From: Gammaproteobacteria bacterium
GTDB taxonomy: Bacteria > Pseudomonadota > Gammaproteobacteria > Nitrococcales > AK92
DNA: 40,554 nucleotides
Assembly: GCA_036278215.1 (NCBI GenBank)
Contig: DASULL010000339.1
Location: forward strand, 1 to 40,554
Direction: 5' to 3'
The position numbers were made by a program, and so were the translations under genes. Numbering within the stretch: the stretch's first letter is position 1; each line of letters begins with the position of its first letter. This document shows positions 31,255-40,554 of this stretch, in pieces. Under the pieces are notes generated by a model. It saw only the letters and a program-made list of their open reading frames with translations. It ran no database searches and had not been told where the DNA came from.

Positions 31255-32027
31255 TCGACTGGCTGCGTTCTCTCGGCGCCACCGTGCTGGCCGTGCTTAG
31301 CCGTACCGGCCGTGGCCATCTGTTTCTACTGCAAGCATTGGCGGGCGTTCCCAGCGCACTCCGTCGGCCCGGATTGGTGATTGCGCAGGTTTACTCGATC
31401 GGCGTGCTGTCGCTGCTGATCATTATCGTCTCCGGTCTGTTCGTCGGCATGGTCCTGGGCTTGCAGGGCTATTACACCCTGGTCGACTTTGGCGCCGCCG
31501 AGCGGGTGGGGCAGTTGGTGGCACTATCGCTGGTGCGCGAACTCGGGCCGGTGGTGACGGCGTTACTGTTCGCCGGCCGGGCCGGCTCCGCGCTGACCGC
31601 CGAGATCGGTTTGATGAAGGCGACCGAGCAGCTGTCCAGCATGGAGATGATGGCGGTCGATCCGCAAAAGCGGGTGATAGCGCCGCGGCTGATTGCCGGT
31701 TTTCTGGCGATGCCGGTGCTGGCGCTGATCTTCAGTTTCTTTGGCGTGATGGGCGGCCATTTGGTCGCGGTCAAGATGGTCGGCATCGATGCCGGCGCCT
31801 ACTGGGCGCAGATGCAAGCCAACGTCAGCTTTATGGCCGATGTGTACAATGGAATCCTCAAGAGCATTGTCTTCGGCTTCGTTGCGACCTGGATAGCCTT
31901 GTTCGAAGGCTACGATGCCGCACCGACCACGGAAGGCGTCAGTCGCGCCACCACCAGAACAGTCGTCCACACCTCGCTTGCCGTGCTGGGGCTGGACTTC
32001 GTTCTTACTGCATTGATGTTCAATTAA
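31251..32027 (+). CDS. mlaE: Phospholipid ABC transporter permease MlaE
   Basis: 258 aa, a multi-pass membrane protein with MlaE-typical stretches ([26 protein letters not shown]). The start overlaps the mlaF stop (ATGA). Confidence 0.92.
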   Translation: MIDWLRSLGATVLAVLSRTGRGHLFLLQALAGVPSALRRPGLVIAQVYSIGVLSLLIIIVSGLFVGMVLGLQGYYTLVDFGAAERVGQLVALSLVRELGPVVTALLFAGRAGSALTAEIGLMKATEQLSSMEMMAVDPQKRVIAPRLIAGFLAMPVLALIFSFFGVMGGHLVAVKMVGIDAGAYWAQMQANVSFMADVYNGILKSIVFGFVATWIALFEGYDAAPTTEGVSRATTRTVVHTSLAVLGLDFVLTALMFN

Positions 32028-32040
32028 GGGACAGAGCGCC

Positions 32041-32505
32041 ATGCAAAGCTCACGGGTAGTTGAAATCTGGGTTGGGCTGTTCGCCGTGCTCGGTCTGCTT
32101 GCGTTGTTCGTTCTGGCTATGCGAGTGAGCAACCTGAATGACTTCAACGAACCCGAAGGTTATAAGCTGACCGCGTACTTCCAGAACATAGGCGGCCTCA
32201 AGGTCAAGGCGCCGGTAACGGTGGCGGGGGTGCGCATCGGTCGCGTCGCCGGTATCGAGCTCGACGAACAGAGTTTCAAGGCGAAGGTCACGCTGGCGAT
32301 TCGCCCTGGTTACGATCAACTGCCCGATGACAGTAGCGCCGCCATTCTGACTTCAGGCCTGCTGGGCGAGCAGTACATCGGATTGGAACCCGGCGGCAGC
32401 GACACCTATCTAAAGGCGGGTCAGCGGATCGAGTACACGCAGTCGGCGCTCGTCCTGGAAAACATCATCGGACAGTTTCTATACAGCAAGGCTGCGGGCG
32501 ATTAA
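32041..32505 (+). CDS. mlaD: Outer-membrane lipid asymmetry protein MlaD (MCE domain)
   Basis: 154 aa with an N-terminal anchor and an MCE domain (GGLKVKAPVTVAGVRIGRV). Confidence 0.9.
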   Translation: MQSSRVVEIWVGLFAVLGLLALFVLAMRVSNLNDFNEPEGYKLTAYFQNIGGLKVKAPVTVAGVRIGRVAGIELDEQSFKAKVTLAIRPGYDQLPDDSSAAILTSGLLGEQYIGLEPGGSDTYLKAGQRIEYTQSALVLENIIGQFLYSKAAGD

Positions 32506-32565
32506 AGGCTTGTCAGGTGCGGACTGCTCCGTCCGGCAAGCTTTCGTGCCATTGAAGGAGGCAAC

Positions 32566-33183
32566 ATGAAGCGGTTGATTGCCATGCTCGGTTTGGGGCT
32601 GTGCGTCCTCGTCGGTGCGGCGCAAGCGCAAGCGCCGGAGGCGGAAGCGGAAGCGCTGGTTCGCCAGACTACCGAGCAGGTACTGAGTGCGCTGGAGCAG
32701 AACAAGGAGCGCATCAAGGACGATCCGCTGGCGGTACAGGCTCTGGTTGGCGATATCGTGCTGCCAAACTTCGATTTCGAACTGATGAGCCGGTTGGTGC
32801 TGGCGCGCGGCTGGCGCGAGGCAACGCCGGAGCAGCAGAAGCGTTTCGTCAACGAGTTCAGGCAGCTGTTGATCCGTACCTATGGCACCTCGCTGTCGCA
32901 CTACTCGGGTCAGAAAGTGGAGTATTTGCCGTCGCAGCCGGATCCCGATCCGAAACGCGCTACTGTGCGTACCCTGATTCGCCAGGTCGAAGGGCCGCCG
33001 GTGCCGGTAACGTATCAACTGCGCCAGACCGGCTCCGGCTGGAAGGTGTTTGACGTTGTGATCGAAGGTGTCAGCCTGGTGCAGAATTATCGCACTTCGT
33101 TTGCCGCCGAGATCCAGCAGCACGGGCTGGACGCGCTGATTCAGCGTATCCACGAGCGCAATGTAAGGCCTGGAGCCGCATGA
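32566..33183 (+). CDS. mlaC: Periplasmic phospholipid-binding protein MlaC
   Basis: 205 aa with a signal peptide (MKRLIAMLGLGLCVLVGAAQA). It is a Tol-tolerance/MlaC-like sequence in the conserved position. Confidence 0.88.
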   Translation: MKRLIAMLGLGLCVLVGAAQAQAPEAEAEALVRQTTEQVLSALEQNKERIKDDPLAVQALVGDIVLPNFDFELMSRLVLARGWREATPEQQKRFVNEFRQLLIRTYGTSLSHYSGQKVEYLPSQPDPDPKRATVRTLIRQVEGPPVPVTYQLRQTGSGWKVFDVVIEGVSLVQNYRTSFAAEIQQHGLDALIQRIHERNVRPGAA

Positions 33184-33494
33184 GCGAGTCACGGCTGGAA
33201 GCCGGTGAGCAGAGCGGTTGGTTCTGTCTGCGTGGCGAGCTCACCTTTGACACCGTGGCCCAACTGCTTGCCAGCAGCCAAGCGCTGCTGGCGGCCGGCC
33301 CGGCGCTGACCATCGACCTTGCCGGCGTGCAGCGCTCCGATAGCGCCGGCCTGGCCTTGCTGGTCGAGTGGGCTCGGTCAGCTGCAGCCCGCCGTCAGGC
33401 CATTGCTTTCATCAATATCCCAGCGCAGATGCTCGCTTTGGCGCGTGTCAGCGGCCTCGACGGCGTACTGCCGTTCGAGCGCGTCGGGCCATAG
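33180..33494 (+). CDS. mlaB: STAS-domain protein MlaB
   Basis: 104 aa with a STAS-like sequence (LAGVQRSDSAGLALLVEW). The start overlaps the mlaC stop (ATGA). Confidence 0.8.
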   Translation: MSESRLEAGEQSGWFCLRGELTFDTVAQLLASSQALLAAGPALTIDLAGVQRSDSAGLALLVEWARSAAARRQAIAFINIPAQMLALARVSGLDGVLPFERVGP

Positions 33495-33511
33495 CCATAA
33501 GGACGATGACC

Positions 33512-35662
<2,151 letters not shown>

Positions 35663-35791
35663 GTGCCGCTGTTGCGGTAAGCTTTGGGCGGATACTCCGA
35701 AACCGGGCTTTGGCTGCGGTGTGCCGTCATCTGTTGAACTTCTTGCCTGGGTCCGGCTTTATTTCCTGTTACCTAGTTTTCTGGAGCTGCC

Positions 35792-37114
35792 ATGCTCGAT
35801 ATCAAACGTCTGAGTACCGCCCAGTCGGATTTCTGGCCCCAACTGCGTCAGCTGACCCACTGGGAGCAGGGCGCAGAGGCCCAGGTCGAGAGCGTGGTGG
35901 CCGATATTTTGGCTGCGGTGAAGGCGCGCGGCGACGCGGCTCTGCTCGAGTACACGCAGCGGTTCGACAATCACAAGGCTGCTTCGGCGGAAGCCCTGGA
36001 ATTGTCGGCAGCCGAGCTCGACGCTGCACTGCAAAGCCTGCCGGCAGCGCAGCGCGAGGCGCTGGAGCAGGCTGCCGAGCGCATCCGTCGCTACGCCCAG
36101 CGGCAGAAGCTCGAGTCCTGGTCCTATACCGAACCGGACGGCACCGTCCTTGGCCAGCAGGTGACGGCACTCGATCGTGTCGGCGTCTATGTGCCCGGCG
36201 GTAAGGCGGCGTACCCCTCGTCGGTGTTGATGAACATCGTCCCCGCCAAGGTTGCCGGTGTCGGCGAGATCGTCATGGTCACGCCGACGCCGGGGGGCGA
36301 GCGCAATGCCATGGTGCTGGCGGCAGCGCGCATAGCCGGCGTGGATCGGGTGTTTACTATCGGCGGAGCGCAGGCGGTCGCCGCGCTTGCTTTCGGGACC
36401 GCCACGGTGCCGGCGGTCGACAAGATCGTTGGCCCTGGCAACGCTTATGTGGCTGCCGCCAAGCGCATGGTGTTCGGTATCGTCGGCATCGACATGATTG
36501 CCGGCCCGTCCGAGATCCTGGTGATCTGCGACGGCCTTACCGACCCGGAGTGGATTGCGATGGACCTGTTCTCACAGGCCGAGCACGATGAGGATGCGAA
36601 AGCCTGGCTGGTATCTCCAGATGCCGCTTTCCTTGATCAGGTGCAGGCGGCGATGCGGCGCCTGCTGCCGGAGATGGAGCGCCGCGACATTATTCGCGCC
36701 TCGCTCAACGCTAATGGCGCTTTGATTCACGTGGCCGATCTCCAGGAGGCGGCCCAGGTCGCCAATCTGATTGCGCCTGAGCACCTGGAGCTGTCGGTGG
36801 CGGAACCGGAAGCGGTGTTGCCGTCGCTGCGGCATGCCGGTGCCATCTTCCTCGGCCGCCACACCTCGGAAGCGCTCGGTGATTACTGCGCGGGTCCCAA
36901 CCACGTGCTGCCGACTTCCACCACGGCTCGGTTCGCCTCGTCTCTCGGGGTCTACGACTTCCAGAAGCGAACCAGCCTCATCAACTGCTCGCCGCAAGGC
37001 GCTGCCGCGCTTGGCCGGATAGCCAGCGTACTAGCTCGCGGCGAAGGCCTGACCGCCCATGCGCGCTCCGCGGAATACCGCACGGCAGCGGAAGAGCGGG
37101 GCGAGAAGAGCTGA
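35792..37114 (+). CDS. hisD: Histidinol dehydrogenase
   Basis: 440 aa with HisD-typical stretches ([38 protein letters not shown]). Confidence 0.95.
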   Translation: MLDIKRLSTAQSDFWPQLRQLTHWEQGAEAQVESVVADILAAVKARGDAALLEYTQRFDNHKAASAEALELSAAELDAALQSLPAAQREALEQAAERIRRYAQRQKLESWSYTEPDGTVLGQQVTALDRVGVYVPGGKAAYPSSVLMNIVPAKVAGVGEIVMVTPTPGGERNAMVLAAARIAGVDRVFTIGGAQAVAALAFGTATVPAVDKIVGPGNAYVAAAKRMVFGIVGIDMIAGPSEILVICDGLTDPEWIAMDLFSQAEHDEDAKAWLVSPDAAFLDQVQAAMRRLLPEMERRDIIRASLNANGALIHVADLQEAAQVANLIAPEHLELSVAEPEAVLPSLRHAGAIFLGRHTSEALGDYCAGPNHVLPTSTTARFASSLGVYDFQKRTSLINCSPQGAAALGRIASVLARGEGLTAHARSAEYRTAAEERGEKS

Positions 37115-37128
37115 ACCGCCTAAAGGCG

Positions 37129-37164
37129 GCAGAGGACCAAGCATCCGCGTGCCTGGTCCTCTGC
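37129..37164. terminator. Putative bidirectional terminator hairpin between convergent hisD and the degS-like gene
   Basis: The perfect 11-bp stem GCAGAGGACCA (37129-37139) pairs with TGGTCCTCTGC (37154-37164) around a 14-nt loop. It is preceded by a small CCGCC-TAAA-GGCGG hairpin (37116-37129). A CTTTTC run lies at 37171-37176. Confidence 0.5.
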
Positions 37165-37178
37165 GCTGGGCTTTTCGC

Positions 37179-38336
37179 TCAGCGCCGTGCTGCCGGCCGT
37201 TCGGCCACCGTGGCCTCCGCCTGAAATTCCTGGCCGTTTCTCAGGCCGATGATCTTCAAAGTGTCGCCCGGCTTGCGCTGGGTGATCAGCCGCAGCAGGG
37301 ATTGCGAATCGTGCACTGCCTGATCGTTGAGGCGGAGCACAATATCGGCTGGCTGCAACCCGGCCCGGTCGGCCGGGCCGTTGCGCAGGACCCCGGCAAT
37401 GATCACGCCGTCAGTATTGGTAAGGCCGAAGGACTCGGCCAGTTGCGGCGTGATCATCTGCGCTTCTATGCCGAGCCAGCCGCGAATGACCCGGCCATGC
37501 TCGATAATGTTCGACAGCACCTGCTCGGCAAGCTGTACCGGAATGGCGAAGCCAATCCCCATGGAGCCGCCGCTGCGGCTGAAGATGGCGGTGTTGATGC
37601 CGATCAGATCGCCGTGCGCCGTTATCAGCGCGCCGCCCGAGTTGCCCGGATTGATGGCGGCATCGGTCTGGATGAAATCTTCGAAGGTGGACAGTCCGAG
37701 CTGGGTGCGACCGGTGGCACTGATAATGCCCTGGGTAACGGTCTGGCCAACGCCAAACGGATTGCCGATCGCCAGCACCACATCGCCGACCTTAGCGGTA
37801 TCGGAGCGGCCGACATTTACTACCGGCAGATCCTGGAGCGCGATCCGCAGGACGGCCAGATCGGTGTCCGGGTCGGCGCCTACCAGAGTCGCATCAGCAA
37901 ATCGGCCGTCCGCTAGGGCCACATGGATCTGGTCGGCGCCGTCGATGACGTGGTTGTTGGTCAATACATAGCCCTGCGGACTGACGATAACGCCAGAGCC
38001 CAGGCTAGTCTCGATTCGCTCGCGCCCGGTGCCGGGCAGGGCGTCGCCGAAGAAATGCCGAAAAAACGGGTCATTGAGCAGGGGGCTGGAGCGACCGGCC
38101 ACGCGCTTGCTGGTGAAGACGTTAACGACCGCCGGCGCCGCCCGTTCGACCGCTGCGGCGTAGGAGACGACGCCTTCGCCGAGGGCGGTTGCCGGCTGCT
38201 GCGGCGCGCGCCGCAACTCGACGATGGCGCGCTGTGGCTCCGGCCGAAGCAGATCGGGAGCGAACTTGACCACCGCCACCGCAACGGCGATCCCTACTAG
38301 AACATAGCTAAGAACGAAGCGCAGCAGGCGCGGCAT
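37179..38336 (-). CDS. degS: DegS/AlgW-type membrane-anchored S1C serine endoprotease with one PDZ domain
   Basis: 385 aa with an N-terminal anchor and catalytic His (LTNNHV), Asp (DLAVL) and Ser (GNSGGAL) contexts. It has a single C-terminal PDZ domain. Confidence 0.8.
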   Translation of the reverse strand: MPRLLRFVLSYVLVGIAVAVAVVKFAPDLLRPEPQRAIVELRRAPQQPATALGEGVVSYAAAVERAAPAVVNVFTSKRVAGRSSPLLNDPFFRHFFGDALPGTGRERIETSLGSGVIVSPQGYVLTNNHVIDGADQIHVALADGRFADATLVGADPDTDLAVLRIALQDLPVVNVGRSDTAKVGDVVLAIGNPFGVGQTVTQGIISATGRTQLGLSTFEDFIQTDAAINPGNSGGALITAHGDLIGINTAIFSRSGGSMGIGFAIPVQLAEQVLSNIIEHGRVIRGWLGIEAQMITPQLAESFGLTNTDGVIIAGVLRNGPADRAGLQPADIVLRLNDQAVHDSQSLLRLITQRKPGDTLKIIGLRNGQEFQAEATVAERPAARR

Positions 38337-38470
38337 GCCGGTCGTCTACCTTCTGATTGTGGGGCTGTCGGGACCTACTGCATATGATGATGCGGTAGCA
38401 TCCAGGTGCATCTTGGCATTGTATAAGAAGATGCCGTGTTGGCACATCGCCGCAGTTGAGGGAGGACTTA

Positions 38471-39199
38471 GTGGTAAGTTTGCGCGAACTGACCGATTAC
38501 GCCGATCGTTTGCTGCGTGCGAACGAAATTTCCGATTACTGCCCGAACGGACTGCAGGTGGAGGGGCGCGCGGAGGTGCGCCGTATCGTCAGTGGCGTCA
38601 CGGCAAGCCTGGCCTTGCTGGAAGCGGCGCTTGCTGCCGACGCCGATCTCGTGCTCGTACACCACGGCTATTTCTGGAAAGGCGAGGATCAGCGGCTGGT
38701 TGGCATGAAAGGGCGCCGCATCCGCATGCTGATGCGCGAGAATGTCAGCCTGCTTGCCTATCATCTGCCGCTGGATGTGCATCCGGAGCTGGGTAACAAC
38801 GCGCTGCTGGCGCAACGGCTTGGGATCGTGGTCGCTGGCAGCATCGATGGCGGCTCTGTTCCGCTGATCTGGCGCGGCCATCTGGAGCAATCGCTGACGC
38901 CGGCTGAATTTGCCACTCGACTCGGCAGTGTGCTGGCGCGGCCGCCACTACATGTGGCTGGCGGGCCGGCCGTCATCCGCAGCGTATCCTGGTGTACCGG
39001 CGCCGGGCAGCGTTTCATCGAGCAGGCCGCCGAAGCTGGGGTCGATGCTTTCATCAGCGGTGAAATCTCCGAGCCGACGGCGCATACTGCGCGCGAATGC
39101 GGTCTGCATTATTTCGCCGCCGGTCACCATGCCACCGAACGCTTCGGTGTGCAGGCGCTGGGCGAGCATCTGGCGGAACGCTTCCAGTTGACGCACTAA
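38471..39199 (+). CDS. Nif3-like dinuclear metal center protein (YbgI family)
   Basis: A YbgI-like sequence (ISDYCPNGLQVEG, LVHHGYFW, AYHLPLDVHPELGNN). The preferred start is GTG 38471, 5 nt after GGGAGG (38460-38465). The ORF-track TTG at 38456 is an alternative start. Confidence 0.85.
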   Translation: MVSLRELTDYADRLLRANEISDYCPNGLQVEGRAEVRRIVSGVTASLALLEAALAADADLVLVHHGYFWKGEDQRLVGMKGRRIRMLMRENVSLLAYHLPLDVHPELGNNALLAQRLGIVVAGSIDGGSVPLIWRGHLEQSLTPAEFATRLGSVLARPPLHVAGGPAVIRSVSWCTGAGQRFIEQAAEAGVDAFISGEISEPTAHTARECGLHYFAAGHHATERFGVQALGEHLAERFQLTH

Positions 39200-39468
39200 T
39201 TCATCGATATTGATAACCCGGCCTAGTTCCGGTTTTCTTCGGCTTAAATGATCGTCGTCAACGCCAATGCAAGTACGTGACGGAAAATAGTAGTGGCTGT
39301 AGAAGGGCAGGGCGGTGGTCTGCTTGACCTGCCCGGACCGATATACCATCCTTATGCGCCGTGCTACAGGGGGGGTTCAGTCCATCCTCCGGCCTCGAGA
39401 TCGGCGCCGTTCCGATCCGGTCTGTCCCTTCAGGCACCATCACACCAACAGCTCTTGGGGGCTCGTGA

Positions 39469-40062
39469 ATGAATCAAGATGGCGTGGATAAGGGCAGGCG
39501 CCGCTTCCTGACTGCCACCACCGCTGTAGTTGGCGGTATCGGGGCCGTTTATACGGCGGTGCCTTTCCTGGCTTCGTGGAAACCTAGCGCCAAGGCCCAG
39601 GCGGCCGGTGCGCCCATCGAAGTCGATATCGGTAAGCTGGAATCCGGTCAGCGGATCACGACCGAGTGGCGTGGCCGGCCGGTCTGGATCGTACGGCGCA
39701 CGCCTGAGATGCTGGCGAACTTGAAGAAAGTCGAGCCGGAACTCGCCGATCCGGACTCCAAAATGCAGCAGCAGCCTGCCTATGCGCAGAACGAATACCG
39801 CTCGATCAAGCCCGAGTATTTCGTTGTAATCGGCATCTGCACGCATCTCGGCTGCTCGCCGCTGTATCGGCCGGAGGTCGGCGCGGCTGATCTGGGCGGC
39901 AACTGGCTTGGTGGGTTCTTCTGCCCGTGCCACGGCTCGAAGTTCGACTTGGCTGGCCGTGTGTTCAGCGGTGTGCCGGCGCCCACCAACCTGGTGGTGC
40001 CGAAATATCACTACGTCGACGACAACACGATCGTGGTCGGCGAAGACGGGGGGGCGGCCTAA
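39469..40062 (+). CDS. petA: Ubiquinol-cytochrome c reductase iron-sulfur (Rieske) subunit
   Basis: 197 aa with a Tat-like N-terminus (RRRFLTATT) and the Rieske boxes CTHLGC and CPCHGS. Confidence 0.95.
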   Translation: MNQDGVDKGRRRFLTATTAVVGGIGAVYTAVPFLASWKPSAKAQAAGAPIEVDIGKLESGQRITTEWRGRPVWIVRRTPEMLANLKKVEPELADPDSKMQQQPAYAQNEYRSIKPEYFVVIGICTHLGCSPLYRPEVGAADLGGNWLGGFFCPCHGSKFDLAGRVFSGVPAPTNLVVPKYHYVDDNTIVVGEDGGAA

Positions 40063-40554
40063 TGACGACCAAGAGCGACAAGCCGTTAACGCGCAATCTG
40101 GCGGCTGAGGGCGCAGCGTCGAATCGCCTGCTTGCCTGGATCGATGAGCGCTTCCCGCTCACCGAGCTCTGGGAAGAGCACGTTTCGAAATATTATGCAC
40201 CGAAGAACTTCAACTTCTGGTACTTCTTCGGTTCGCTGGCGTTGCTAGTGCTGGTCATCCAGATCGTCTCCGGCATCTTCCTGACGATGAATTACAAGCC
40301 GGCCGGCGATCTCGCTTTCAGCTCCGTCGAATACATCATGCGGGATGTCGAGTGGGGTTGGCTGCTGCGCTATATCCACTCCACGGGCGCGTCGGCGTTC
40401 TTCGTGGTGGTGTATCTGCACATGTTCCGAGCGCTGCTGTACGGCTCCTACCGGACGCCGCGCGAGCTGATCTGGATCTTCGGCATGCTGATCTACGTGG
40501 CTCTGATGGCGGAAGCCTTCATGGGCTACCTGCTGCCGTGGGGTCAGATGTCCT
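40062..40554 (+). CDS. petB: Cytochrome b, N-terminal fragment (3' end lies outside the window)
   Basis: ATG 40062 overlaps the petA TAA (TAATG). The translation ...YYAPKNFNFWYFFGSLALLVLVIQIVSGIFLTMNY...YIHSTGASAFFVVVYLHMFRALLYGSY... is typical bc1 cytochrome b. Confidence 0.93.
   Translation, partial: MTTKSDKPLTRNLAAEGAASNRLLAWIDERFPLTELWEEHVSKYYAPKNFNFWYFFGSLALLVLVIQIVSGIFLTMNYKPAGDLAFSSVEYIMRDVEWGWLLRYIHSTGASAFFVVVYLHMFRALLYGSYRTPRELIWIFGMLIYVALMAEAFMGYLLPWGQMS

Overview
This is a visibly GC-rich, densely coding chromosomal window (GC not computed) of gammaproteobacterial core genes, with about 44 CDS and both ends truncated. Reading left to right, the first block is phoH' - 2-hydroxyacid dehydrogenase - ybeY - corC - lnt, then <- DUF1451 zinc-ribbon, then leuS - lptE - holA - proA - nadD - rsfS - rlmH. 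The second block is maf - rng - yhdP - C-N hydrolase - tldD - pmbA. A minus-strand block follows: ptsO(NPr) - EIIA(Man) - rapZ - hprK - ptsN - hpf - rpoN - lptB - lptA - lptC - kdsC - kdsD. The last block is mlaFEDCB - ibaG - murA - hisG - hisD, then <- degS/algW-like, then Nif3/YbgI - petA - petB'. Many neighbours overlap by 4 nt (ATGA), which suggests long operons. I found no tRNA or rRNA genes, CRISPR arrays, integrases, transposases, defence genes or toxin-antitoxin pairs. I therefore see no convincing evidence for a self-contained novel accessory system, and this looks like an ordinary housekeeping region. The leads worth a second look are: (1) two related long imperfect-palindromic elements built from CACNAAG-type heptads that flank pmbA, whose pairing relies on G-T positions that pair as G-U only in plus-strand RNA; (2) a direct rlmH|maf junction at the place where both rod-shape (elongasome) operons normally sit; (3) an rpoN-operon PTS-Ntr module with a catalytic-domain-only HprK plus EIIA(Man) and a Ser46-bearing NPr; (4) a nadD whose conserved N-terminal motif lies upstream of any canonical start codon. 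There are also several smaller intergenic oddities. All functional calls come from reading the supplied translations for family-specific motifs and from known gene order. No database search was run.
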